This document shows positions 8,591 to 17,896 of a stretch of 64,000 bases of DNA, piece by piece; within the stretch, counting starts at the first letter, position 1; the number at the start of each line of letters is the position of its first letter. The notes under the pieces are model-generated. The model saw only the letters and a list, made by a program, of their open reading frames with translations. It was not told the origin of the DNA and did no database searches. The position numbers were made by a program, and so were the translations under genes. The stretch is taken from positions 27,309-91,308 of IMG/VR virus record IMGVR_UViG_2939319381_000001. One strand, given 5' to 3'. Source of the stretch: a virus. Lineage: Duplodnaviria > Caudoviricetes.

Positions 8591-10462
8591 GTGACGACGC
8601 CGCCCCCGATGCCCGCCCAGCCGCCCACCGCCGGCACTCCGAACTTCACGCTGGCTCCGGCCCCGGCCACACCCCCAGCGCCCGCGCCGGCACCCCCGAC
8701 CGGAGGTGGAATTCTCGCTCCGGTTACGCTCGCTCGCCCCACCCGTGACCCCTCCGGAGGATCCGCCGCCCACACCTCGCAGGACGAGAACAGCAGCACG
8801 CCCGGGAAGCCCGGCAAGGGCGAGAAGAACACCGCCAACCCCGGCATGTGGAAGGGCATCGCCGCCCTCATCGCGAACCGGCCGCAGCGGAAAATGACGG
8901 TGCAGCACACCATCAGCGAGATCCGCGGAACATCCACCGACCGCAAGATCAACCACGGGGTCACGGAGAAGCGCGGGTCCACGTCCGACACCAAGTCGAA
9001 CCGCTCCGCGACCACCGCCCACGCCAGCAAGAGCGACAAGTCCGCCAAGACCGCCGCCACCCGGGACGCGAAGACGTCGGCGGCCAGCACGAAGGCCGAC
9101 AAGACCTCCCGGGACGCGAAGACCGCGGATACCCGCAGTGCGGCGAAGAAGGACAACCGCGACGCGAAGACGGCCGACACACGCAGTTCCGCGGACAAGA
9201 CGTCCCGCGACGCGAAGACCGCCGACACCCGGGCATCGGCGGACAAGACCTCCCGCGACACCAAGGACGCTTCGGACCGCAAGGACCACAGCACCCGCCA
9301 GCAGGCGGACAAGACGTCGGCCGACAAGCAGAACCGTGCGGCCCGCGACGACAAGACCCTCCGCAAGACGGACACCGCCGAACGGCAGCCGCCGGCAGGC
9401 AAGCACGTCTCCGCGGATCCATCGAAAACGGCACCGAACACACCGAAGACACTCGGCCCCGTGCCGGCGAGGAAGGACTCCGCCACCCAGCCGAAGGACC
9501 AGCCCGCAACGACCGAACCGCCAGCCCCCTCAGGCGCACAGGACAAGGCCAAGCCCAAGAAGGGCCCGTACACCGCGCAGCCCGCCCGCGAGGACGGCTT
9601 CAAGGCCGGGGCACAGGAGGCCGCCACTGAGGCGGACAAGGGTGCGTGGAGGGACGGCTACGAGGACGGCCAGCAGGCCATCCGCGACAAGGCCGCCCGC
9701 GACCGGGCACAGATGGACGCCGCCCGGGACCACGCCCGAGGAGTTCAGCCGGTCAAGCCCTCCATCCCTCCCAAGCCGTCCAGCCCACCGGCCAAGCCCC
9801 CCGTCCCCCCGAAGCCGGCCACCCCGCCGAACGCGCCAGTTCCTACGCCGTCCGCGCCCGCAACCCCCACAGCCACGAAGCCGACTGCCGCACCCGCGGT
9901 GTCAGACCGTCAGCAGGCCATCCGCGCCGTCCGCGCCCGCATGCAAGGAACTCCGCCCGTGCCTGCCAACCCTGCCCCGAACAAGCCGTTCACCCCCGCA
10001 CCCACGATGGGAGCACAGCCCCTGGGGGCTGCGCTGTCCCGCTTCGGCGATGTTGAGCTGTCCAACGGCCGAGGGCTGACCACCGGCGAAGTCCGCACCC
10101 TCCGCAAACTCACCCAATTCCTGACCGGCAAGGAACAAGAAACCCACCAGATCGCCGACGAGTGCAAGCAGGCCAAAGAGGTCTCCGCAGGACGCGTCAA
10201 CGAGATCCAAAAGCTGATCGAGGACTGCCAGAACCCGAAGATCAAAGGCGGCAAGCAGCTGACCGCCGCCCTACAGAAACTCCTCGAAGCGACCACCATC
10301 CAGGCGAGGGAGGCCGAGAAGATGCACGGCAACGCCGTACGAGGCATCGACGCCCTCAAAACCCTCAACCAGAACGCCCAGATCCGCCACGGCGGCGTGT
10401 ACAAGGCCGTAGCCGACTCTCCCGAGACCGCCCCCGCCGAACGCCCCTTCTACAACCGATAG
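8591..10462 (+). CDS. Transfer-associated protein (TraA-like) with 16-aa repeats, Pro-rich linkers and C-terminal helical domain
   Basis: Repeats such as 'RDAKTADTRSSADKTS'; directly upstream of the FtsK-like gene. Confidence 0.7.
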   Translation: MTTPPPMPAQPPTAGTPNFTLAPAPATPPAPAPAPPTGGGILAPVTLARPTRDPSGGSAAHTSQDENSSTPGKPGKGEKNTANPGMWKGIAALIANRPQRKMTVQHTISEIRGTSTDRKINHGVTEKRGSTSDTKSNRSATTAHASKSDKSAKTAATRDAKTSAASTKADKTSRDAKTADTRSAAKKDNRDAKTADTRSSADKTSRDAKTADTRASADKTSRDTKDASDRKDHSTRQQADKTSADKQNRAARDDKTLRKTDTAERQPPAGKHVSADPSKTAPNTPKTLGPVPARKDSATQPKDQPATTEPPAPSGAQDKAKPKKGPYTAQPAREDGFKAGAQEAATEADKGAWRDGYEDGQQAIRDKAARDRAQMDAARDHARGVQPVKPSIPPKPSSPPAKPPVPPKPATPPNAPVPTPSAPATPTATKPTAAPAVSDRQQAIRAVRARMQGTPPVPANPAPNKPFTPAPTMGAQPLGAALSRFGDVELSNGRGLTTGEVRTLRKLTQFLTGKEQETHQIADECKQAKEVSAGRVNEIQKLIEDCQNPKIKGGKQLTAALQKLLEATTIQAREAEKMHGNAVRGIDALKTLNQNAQIRHGGVYKAVADSPETAPAERPFYNR

Positions 10463-10474
10463 ACAGGACCCCCC

Positions 10475-10843
10475 ATGGACACCACCTACCGCAAGCTCCG
10501 CGAAAAGGTACAAGTACTGGCCCGCCACGTCGCCGCCGACGGCGAGACGATCCGCCAGATCGGGCAACGCGCCGACCAGAACGCCCAGAGCGTCGCCCGC
10601 GTCGCCGACGGCCTCGCGAACCTCGAAGTCGACACCCACACGACCGGCGAAGCCAAGGACACCGCGCGCATCATGCTCGGCCTTTCCCAGGCCGCCCTCG
10701 CCACCGCATCAGCCGCAGACAACGTCGCCGCCGCAGCCCGGGCCGCCGACACCCAAGCCCGCCAATCACACGAAGGCATCGACGAGCAGGTCAACGCCAT
10801 GACCGTCCCCATGGCCCAAGCCGCCTTCTACACCCAGGAGTAA
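10475..10843 (+). CDS. Small helical transfer-associated protein
   Basis: All-helical; C-terminus resembles that of the preceding gene. Confidence 0.7.
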   Translation: MDTTYRKLREKVQVLARHVAADGETIRQIGQRADQNAQSVARVADGLANLEVDTHTTGEAKDTARIMLGLSQAALATASAADNVAAAARAADTQARQSHEGIDEQVNAMTVPMAQAAFYTQE

Positions 10844-10852
10844 CCGACCACC

Positions 10853-13063
10853 ATGTCCCAGATCACCGTGACCCGCCGCCCCCACATCGCCGACCAGGTC
10901 CCCGCACTCGCCTCGGTGATCGCCCCACCCGCCCTCGGCGCCCTCACCCCGCTCCTGGAGCCCGGGCTCGCCACCCTCACCGCGGCCGCCACCGTCTGCG
11001 GCAGCGCCGCGTTCGCCACCCACTACATCGGCAAGATCCCCGAGAGCGCCCTCAACGCCACCGGCATCCGCGACGTCCTGAACAGTCAGCGCTCCACCCT
11101 CCTCGGCTCCAGCCTCCTCACCACCATGGCCGCCGCCCCCGCAGCGTTCCTCGGACCCGCCTACACCGACGCCCTCCTCGTCGGCGCCCTGGACCCCGCC
11201 TCAGTGTCCGGACTCGTCTCCGCCGCCTGGTGGTCGGCATGGGCCGCACTCACCTACAAGCTCCGCCCCGCCCTCGCCGCCCGCAAAATCCGCATCCCAG
11301 CACCCGCCCAAGCGGCCGGCCCCGACACCAGCACCCTTGGCCCCCAGGGCCTCTACAAGGTCTGGGCCGACCACATCTCCGGCGAGAACGGCGCCCACCC
11401 CGGGCAGCACCTCGTCGGCATCACCAACAGCGAAGAAGCCTGGCAGGGCATCGTCGAAGCCCCCCAAGGCAAAGCCGTCAACGTCACCGCCGAAGCCATC
11501 GGGTCCGCCTACCGCGTCCCCGCCGCCTGCGTCACCTTCACCCACGGAGACCACCCCGGCGAGCAGTACGTCACCGTACGCCGCACCCCGCCGCCCGAAC
11601 TCGACCCCACCACCATGGAAGGACTGTGGGCCCGCCTGGTCCGCCCGAAGGTCATGCCCGGCACCCACCTCAAGGACGCCCAGGTAGACCCCGCCACCGG
11701 CGGATGGGTCGCATGGGTCGTCGCCGACGATGACGTCCCCTCCGTCCCCGTCCCCGACCGCAAGAACCTCGTCGGCGCCCTCCACTCCTCCATGACCCTG
11801 GTCGACTACCAGCCCCACGCCTCAGACCCGCGCCGCGGCAAGATCCGCATCATGGAGAAGAACCCCCTCGAGGACGGGGTGCCCTTCCCCGGCCCGCAGG
11901 CACTGGAGCCCTCCAAGGGCGGCTACATCGCCATCGGCCGCGGCGTCTCCGGCCGTGCCGCCCGCCTCCAGCTCTTCGACCCCAAGCTCGGCGCCCAGCA
12001 CATTTTTATTGCCGGCGTCACCGGATCCGGCAAGGGAGGCGTCGTCCAGATCGTCGCCCTCGCCGCACACCTCGCCGCCATGGCGATCATCTACGCCGAC
12101 CCGAAGGGCAGCTCCAACCCGGACATCGAGCAGATGGCCGCCTACTCCGCCACCGGCGACAGCACAATCAAGTCGCTGCGTGTCGCTTACGCCCTGCTCC
12201 AGCACCGCATCAGGGAGTCCGCCCGCCTCGGCCGCAAGAACTTCAAGGCCACCACCAAATGCCCGTGGGTCATGGTGATCGTGGACGAAACCCACATGGT
12301 CACCGACGCCTCCACCGAAGAAGGCAAAGAGGCCGTCTTCATCCTCGACAAGATCGCAGCCCTGGGCCGCAGCATGGGCATGACGCTGCTCATCGTCAAC
12401 CAGGCCGTCAACGCCGACAAGCTCGGCGGCAGCACCGCCCTGCGCACCAACGTCATCCAAGGCGGCGCGATGGTCATGCTCCGCACCGACTCCGCCCAGT
12501 CCAACCTCGTCACCGTAGACGGCTTCGAAGGCATCGACCCCGGCGCCATCCCCGCCGCCTGGTCCGCCGAAGACGAACCCCTCGTATGGTCCGACGACAT
12601 CCCGCTCAACGACCCAGCCCGCACCTTCGGCCTCGGCTACGTCGGCTCACCCGGCGAACCCGTCCAGATGATGCGCACCTGGATCCTCGAGTCCGCAGCC
12701 CCCCACATCCGCCACGACGCCATCATTTGGCCCGCGGACTGGCCCGCCTGGGAAGACCGCCACGACATCGCCGAGATCCCCGTCATCGGCGAGAGCGGCT
12801 ACGTCCCCAGCGGCAGCCCCAGCCCGGGCGGCGACGACTTCATGCCCCCGCTCAGCAGCGGATTCACCAAAGCACCACCAGCGCCCACCGCCGACGCCGC
12901 AGTCCTCGCCTGCCTCGACGACGGGAGCCTTGAAGCCACCAAGGAAGACATCCGTATCCTCACCGGCCTCAACGACAAAACCCTCTCCAACACCCTCACC
13001 GCCCTGGTGAAGACCGGCGCCATCGACCGGATCAAGCCCGGCCTCTACCGCAAGACCCCATAG
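10853..13063 (+). CDS. traB: FtsK/SpoIIIE-family conjugative DNA translocase (Streptomyces TraB-like)
   Basis: N-terminal TM region, Walker A GVTGSGKG, Walker B VIVDE, C-terminal wHTH. Confidence 0.85.
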   Translation: MSQITVTRRPHIADQVPALASVIAPPALGALTPLLEPGLATLTAAATVCGSAAFATHYIGKIPESALNATGIRDVLNSQRSTLLGSSLLTTMAAAPAAFLGPAYTDALLVGALDPASVSGLVSAAWWSAWAALTYKLRPALAARKIRIPAPAQAAGPDTSTLGPQGLYKVWADHISGENGAHPGQHLVGITNSEEAWQGIVEAPQGKAVNVTAEAIGSAYRVPAACVTFTHGDHPGEQYVTVRRTPPPELDPTTMEGLWARLVRPKVMPGTHLKDAQVDPATGGWVAWVVADDDVPSVPVPDRKNLVGALHSSMTLVDYQPHASDPRRGKIRIMEKNPLEDGVPFPGPQALEPSKGGYIAIGRGVSGRAARLQLFDPKLGAQHIFIAGVTGSGKGGVVQIVALAAHLAAMAIIYADPKGSSNPDIEQMAAYSATGDSTIKSLRVAYALLQHRIRESARLGRKNFKATTKCPWVMVIVDETHMVTDASTEEGKEAVFILDKIAALGRSMGMTLLIVNQAVNADKLGGSTALRTNVIQGGAMVMLRTDSAQSNLVTVDGFEGIDPGAIPAAWSAEDEPLVWSDDIPLNDPARTFGLGYVGSPGEPVQMMRTWILESAAPHIRHDAIIWPADWPAWEDRHDIAEIPVIGESGYVPSGSPSPGGDDFMPPLSSGFTKAPPAPTADAAVLACLDDGSLEATKEDIRILTGLNDKTLSNTLTALVKTGAIDRIKPGLYRKTP

Positions 13064-13076
13064 AAGGGAGACCTCC

Positions 13077-13487
13077 ATGCTTACCGACCTGAAGACCCAA
13101 GCGCACCGCGCGACCGCCCAGCCCCGCCCAGACGCACGAGCCGTACAAGCCCTGACCCAGCAAGTCGAAGCGGTCTACGCCGCCGGCCCGACCGGCTACC
13201 CGGAACCCAACGTCCGCCACACCCTGCGCAACGCCCGCGAACTGATCATTCGCTACGGCTGGACCCGCGGAACCCTCTGCGACCACCGAGGACTCTGCCT
13301 CCTCGGATCGATCCAGGCCGCCGCCCTCACCTACGACCCCGCCCTCTGGGCAAGGGAGGTCCAGGCCGCCGAGCTGCAGCTCATGAACACCCTCAACACC
13401 CGCGACCCCCACGACCTCGCCCGCTACAACAACGCCCAGCACTGGGCCGGCCCCGTCCTCGACCTCCTGCTCCGAGCTGCCCGCTGA
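13077..13487 (+). CDS. Hypothetical protein (DUF6197-like)
   Basis: 'LIIRYGWTRG...LCLLGSI...YNN' pattern. Confidence 0.6.
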   Translation: MLTDLKTQAHRATAQPRPDARAVQALTQQVEAVYAAGPTGYPEPNVRHTLRNARELIIRYGWTRGTLCDHRGLCLLGSIQAAALTYDPALWAREVQAAELQLMNTLNTRDPHDLARYNNAQHWAGPVLDLLLRAAR

Positions 13488-13489
13488 AC

Positions 13490-13530
13490 CAGTCGAGCCC
13501 CGCAACCCGTGCGCGTACGGGGCTCGACTG
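13490..13530 (+). terminator. Stem-loop after transfer operon
   Basis: CAGTCGAGCCCCG...CGGGGCTCGACTG. Confidence 0.6.
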
Positions 13531-13544
13531 CGCGACCATGAAGC

Positions 13545-13997
13545 ATGGACTCGACCGACATTCAGGCGCCCTGCAACTGCGGCGCCTTGGCCGCCCACCC
13601 ACGCAACCCGAACTGCGCCCACAGGTCGACGGTCGAGTTCGAAGTTGCCGGCCAGCGCTCGGCCTGCCTTGAGGTCATCGGCTTCCTCCGTACCGGCTAC
13701 GACGTGGACATCACCCACGACTGGCAGGACCCGGCCACCGAGCAGTGGGCATTCAAGCTCGACGCCTCCCGGAAACTCATGGCCCCCCTCCCCGCGGTTA
13801 CCGTCCCCGAGCCCCCCACCCCAGAGACCGCCGTACTCGCCTGCCTCGCCGACCCTCTCGGCGTGGAGATGAGCGACAGCGACCTGCACATCCTCACCGG
13901 CCTCGACCAGGCAACCCTGGCCAACACCCTGACCACCCTGGTCGGCAGCGGCGAAGTCGAACGGGTCGGGCCTGGCCTCTACCGCAAGAACGCCTAA
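13545..13997 (+). CDS. Protein whose C-terminal wHTH is paralogous to the TraB C-terminus
   Basis: AVLACL...ILTGL...TL.NTLT.LV..G...R..PGLYRK shared with 10853..13063. Confidence 0.7.
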   Translation: MDSTDIQAPCNCGALAAHPRNPNCAHRSTVEFEVAGQRSACLEVIGFLRTGYDVDITHDWQDPATEQWAFKLDASRKLMAPLPAVTVPEPPTPETAVLACLADPLGVEMSDSDLHILTGLDQATLANTLTTLVGSGEVERVGPGLYRKNA

Positions 13998-14094
13998 CCG
14001 CAGCGACTCAAGCGACCGGGGCAGCCAGATAGCTAACGGCCCGGACACTGCAAGAGAGTGACCCGCCCGGTACGCCACCAGCAACAGGAGAGCC

Positions 14095-14487
14095 ATGGAA
14101 CCCGCCCAGACCACCCCGACCGACTGCATCTTCTGCTCCATCGTCGCTGGCGACGCCCCCGCGACCATCCTGCGCGAGTGGGACGACACCATCGCCATCA
14201 AGCCCCGCGGCGGCGTCAACGACGGCCACACCCTCGTCATCCCGCGTACCCACGTAGCCGACGCGGTCGAAGACCCCGGCGTGAGCGCAGCCACCATGCG
14301 CCGCGCCTGCCAGTACGCCCGCGAACTCGGCAACCTCAACGTCATCACCAGCGTCGGCCCGGACGCTACACAGACCGTCTACCACCTGCACCTGCACATC
14401 GTCCCGCGCACCGCAGGCGATGGCCTGCCACTGCCGTGGACCCCGCAGCAGGAAGCCCTCGCCGCCGCGAAGGGCACACGGGCGTGA
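14095..14487 (+). CDS. HIT-family nucleotide hydrolase
   Basis: 'DCIFCSIV', 'GHTLVIPRTH', histidine triad 'HLHLH'. Confidence 0.9.
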   Translation: MEPAQTTPTDCIFCSIVAGDAPATILREWDDTIAIKPRGGVNDGHTLVIPRTHVADAVEDPGVSAATMRRACQYARELGNLNVITSVGPDATQTVYHLHLHIVPRTAGDGLPLPWTPQQEALAAAKGTRA

Positions 14488-14978
14488 CCGCCAACCTCGT
14501 CATGGCACGCGAGACCCTGCCTCTCGGACCGTCCGTGTTCCTCGCCGGCCCCACCCCAGACCCCAGCAACCCGGTCCCATCGTGGCGCCCCGCCGCCCTG
14601 AAGATCCTGACCGATCTCTGGGCCGGACCACAGACCCTGACCGTTCTGAGCCCCGAGTCCCGCAACGGCACACGCGCCGCCCGGTACGAAGACCAGGTCG
14701 ACTGGGAGACCGCCGCCCGGGCCAGCGCCGACGCGATCCTCTTCTGGATCCCCAGAGACCTCAAGACGATGCCCGGCATGACCACCAACGTCGAATTCGG
14801 CCTGGACGTCACCAGCGGCAAGGCCGTCCTCGGATGCCCGCCGAACTGCCCCAACCCCGAGCGGAACAGATACCTCATCTACGTCGCCCGCCGACACAAC
14901 GTCCCCGTCACCGAGACCCTGCAGGACGCAGCCGCCGCAGCGCTGAAACTCATGGGCGCCTCCCGTACGACCAGGTGA
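14484..14978 (+). CDS. Nucleoside 2-deoxyribosyltransferase-like protein
   Basis: 'SVFLAGP...WR...QVDWE...ADAILFWIP...TTNVEFG'. Confidence 0.8.
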   Translation: MTANLVMARETLPLGPSVFLAGPTPDPSNPVPSWRPAALKILTDLWAGPQTLTVLSPESRNGTRAARYEDQVDWETAARASADAILFWIPRDLKTMPGMTTNVEFGLDVTSGKAVLGCPPNCPNPERNRYLIYVARRHNVPVTETLQDAAAAALKLMGASRTTR

Positions 14979-15207
14979 ACCGAGGTGAGGGGGGATCCGG
15001 GGGAAGGGCAGCCCGGACAAAACCCGATTCGTACGCCACGCTTGAACTGCACGGCCGGTCAGGGAGCCCCGGTGTCCCCGCGCCCACTCCCCGACCGGCC
15101 GAGCCCCCGAACCGCGCCGCCCGGCCCCCAGCCACCAGCGGCGCACAACGGCCCCCTCCAGAACCCGAGGCCTGGAGGGGGCCGCCGCATGTTCGGGACG
15201 TCGCCGA

Positions 15208-15654
15208 CTACGCCACGTCAGGGCGAGCCCGGAACCACGCCACCATCTGCTGCAACGGCTCCGACACCGCGAACCCGTTCCCCTTCGCCCCCAGGTTGTC
15301 CAGCCCGTAGTACTCCGCCCGCTGACGGGCCGTCTCCACAAACCCGATCGGCTCCGCGAACAACTCCCGGTCCTGCGCGCGCATCGCCGCCATCACCTCC
15401 CCAGCGGCCGCCAGCTTCGCCGACACCAACTCCTGGCACTCCTCAGCCGTCTCGCAGCCCGGCGCCGCAGCCTCGTGGTACAGGTCCAGGGCCTCCCGCA
15501 CCCCCATCACCCGCGCAGCCTCCGTCACGGACGGGCTCGCCGAACTCCCCGCTACACCACCACCGCCACCGCCACCGGCATCCGACCCGCACCCAGCCGC
15601 ACCCAACGCCACCACCACGGCGACAACCAACCCCACCCCACGCATCAGCCTCAT
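15208..15654 (-). CDS. Lipoprotein (possible superinfection-exclusion factor)
   Basis: Signal peptide with lipobox-like 'LGAAGC'; antisense to the flanking operons. Confidence 0.65.
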   Translation of the reverse strand: MRLMRGVGLVVAVVVALGAAGCGSDAGGGGGGGVAGSSASPSVTEAARVMGVREALDLYHEAAAPGCETAEECQELVSAKLAAAGEVMAAMRAQDRELFAEPIGFVETARQRAEYYGLDNLGAKGNGFAVSEPLQQMVAWFRARPDVA

Positions 15655-15680
15655 GCCGCGCAGGATGGCACCTCCGACCG

Positions 15681-15736
15681 GGCAGGGGGAAGGAAAAGCC
15701 GGACATCGGGGATCATCAGTAACAGGCGCGGGGCCT
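15681..15736 (+). promoter_or_regulatory. Putative late promoter, copy 1
   Basis: GGGGGAA element and GGCGCGGGGCCT at the same spacing as copies at 17830 and 19757. Confidence 0.55.
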
Positions 15737-15774
15737 AACGATGACCAACCACACACAGCGGGAGCCCCACCGCC

Positions 15775-16311
15775 ATGACACAAGGACGACTCGTCGAAGC
15801 CGAGACCGCCGCCCGCCGCGCCAAGCTCCTCAAGCTGCGCCGGCAAGGCATCCCGTACGACGACCCCCGCATCATGGACCTCGGCTACGCCACCTCCGGC
15901 GCCGCACGCAAGGACCTCACCCGCGCCCTCCAGCACCACCACGAAGAAGAAGCCGCCGAGGCCAGCGTCTACCGCCAGCAGGAAAACGAACGCCTCGACG
16001 CACTCCTCACAGCCGTCTGGGACAAGGCCACCACCCCCAGCCCCGTCTTCGACAAGGACCACGAGATCGTCGACCACGTCATCGACCTCAAGGCCGTCGA
16101 CACCGTCCTCAAGCTCATGGACCGCCGCGCCAAGCTCAACGGCCTGGACATGCCCGTCAGGGCCGAACTGTCGGGACCGGACGGCGGACCGATGCAACTC
16201 GGACCCGTGAGCGAGGCGGAGCTGGAGGTCCTCATGAGTCTTGGCCGAAGCGCCGCCCAGCGCCAGGGCGACGCGGAGGAGGAAGCAGACGGCGATACCG
16301 ATGAAGGGTGA
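15775..16311 (+). CDS. terS: Terminase small subunit
   Basis: N-terminal HTH, 'ERLDALL..VWDKA', 'DRRAKLNGLD', 'ELSGPDGGP'; precedes terL. Confidence 0.8.
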   Translation: MTQGRLVEAETAARRAKLLKLRRQGIPYDDPRIMDLGYATSGAARKDLTRALQHHHEEEAAEASVYRQQENERLDALLTAVWDKATTPSPVFDKDHEIVDHVIDLKAVDTVLKLMDRRAKLNGLDMPVRAELSGPDGGPMQLGPVSEAELEVLMSLGRSAAQRQGDAEEEADGDTDEG

Positions 16312-17830
16312 AACCCTTCTCCGCACCTACGGCACCCTCCCAGACCAGCAGCGCCTCGAGATAGCGCGGTCCGCATCGCCGGAGCTCCGGATCCAGCTGG
16401 TCGCCATCGAGCGCAGCATGGCCATGGACCGGTCGCCCGGCGCCCTGTCCAGCGTGCTCACCGGCGGCCGCGAAATGCAGGCACCCCACCTCGACATCAT
16501 CGACCGCATCTACCAGCGGATCGCGGCCGGCGAGCGCCTCAAGGTCATGGTCACCATGCCTCCGCGCGCGGGAAAGTCCCGGCGCACATCCCGCTGGGGC
16601 CCCGTCTGGTACCTGCGCAAGCAGCCCGACCACCGGTTCATGCTCGCCTCGTACGCCGCGCACCTCGCCGACGACCACGGCCGCTGGGTCCGCAACACCA
16701 TCACCGAGCACGCCTCCACCCTCGGCATCAGCCTGAAGTACGGATCGCAGGCGGCGAACCGGTTCGACATCGACCGCCACGAGGGCGGCATGGTCACCGC
16801 CGGTGTTGGAGGGGCGCTGACAGGCCGCGGCGCCCACGTAGCAGCCGTGGACGACCCCTTCAAGGGTTCCGAGGACGCCGGGTCGCCCACCATGCGCGAC
16901 CGCGTGTGGGACTGGTGGCAGGCCGTCCTCCTCACCCGCCTCGAACCCCAAGGCTCCGTCCTCCTCGTGAACACGCGGTGGGACGACGACGACCTCTCCG
17001 GTCGGCTTCTCAAGGAGGAGCCCGACGACTGGATCGTCATCGACCTCCCCGCCATTGCCCTCACCGCCGACGACCCCCTCGGCCGGCAGCCTGGCGAAGC
17101 GCTCTGGCCGACCCGGTTCTCCGCAGAGGACTACGCCCGCATCCGTAAGAGCGTCGGCGAACGAGTCTGGTGGTCCCTGTACCAGCAGCAGCCCCGCCCC
17201 CTGGAAGGCGGTGTCTGGCAGTGGTCCTGGATCACAGGCAACCGCGTCAGTTCCGTCGCGTTCCGCGGCGTCGACCTCGCCCGCATCGTGGTGGCCATCG
17301 ACCCGTCCGGCGGATCCGGCCGGACCAACGACGAGACCGGCATCGTCGCCGCCGCCCGGGACACCGACAGCGACCTGTACGTCCTGGCCGACAAGTCCGG
17401 CCGCCACGGCGCCAACGCCTGGGGGCGAGAGGCCTGCCTCCTCGCCATCGAACTGGGCGCGGACGCGTTCGTTGTCGAGACGAACTTCGGCGGCGACATG
17501 ACCCGCCAGGTCCTCCTCCAAGCCTGGGCCGAACTCCAACGCGAGAGCCGGACCGGGGGCATGGCGATGCCGCGCATCGTCGAAGTCAACGCCAAACAGG
17601 GCAAAAGGCTCCGCGCCGAACCGATCGCCCAGCTCTACGAACAGGGAGCCGTCCACCACATCGGTGAGTTCCCCGAGCTTGAGCGGCAGATGGTCACCTG
17701 GATCCCCGGCATGGACTCCCCGGACCGCATGGACGCCGGAGTGCACGCCCTCACCGAGCTCGCCAACCCGGGCGCCGGCTCCACCGGGAGCAGCCCGTAC
17801 AGCGACCAGCGTCTCGCTGGCCGCCGCTGA
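16301..17830 (+). CDS. terL: Terminase large subunit
   Basis: 'MPPRAGKS' Walker A, 'VDDP', 'TRW..DDL.G', nuclease 'VAIDP...DETG...SPDRMDA'. Confidence 0.95.
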   Translation: MKGETLLRTYGTLPDQQRLEIARSASPELRIQLVAIERSMAMDRSPGALSSVLTGGREMQAPHLDIIDRIYQRIAAGERLKVMVTMPPRAGKSRRTSRWGPVWYLRKQPDHRFMLASYAAHLADDHGRWVRNTITEHASTLGISLKYGSQAANRFDIDRHEGGMVTAGVGGALTGRGAHVAAVDDPFKGSEDAGSPTMRDRVWDWWQAVLLTRLEPQGSVLLVNTRWDDDDLSGRLLKEEPDDWIVIDLPAIALTADDPLGRQPGEALWPTRFSAEDYARIRKSVGERVWWSLYQQQPRPLEGGVWQWSWITGNRVSSVAFRGVDLARIVVAIDPSGGSGRTNDETGIVAAARDTDSDLYVLADKSGRHGANAWGREACLLAIELGADAFVVETNFGGDMTRQVLLQAWAELQRESRTGGMAMPRIVEVNAKQGKRLRAEPIAQLYEQGAVHHIGEFPELERQMVTWIPGMDSPDRMDAGVHALTELANPGAGSTGSSPYSDQRLAGRR

Positions 17831-17888
17831 GCGGGGGGAACGGCCCGGCCTCGCGCCCGTACGCTGAGATCATGGCGCGGGGCCTGGT
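17830..17888 (+). promoter_or_regulatory. Putative late promoter, copy 2
   Basis: AGCGGGGGGAACG...TACGCT...GGCGCGGGGCCTGGT. Confidence 0.55.
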
Positions 17889-17896
17889 GTGAAGAG

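Noticed and set aside
14985-15200. Possible clt or ncRNA after the NDT-like gene
   Set aside because: No clear short tandem repeats; only a terminator-like hairpin is evident
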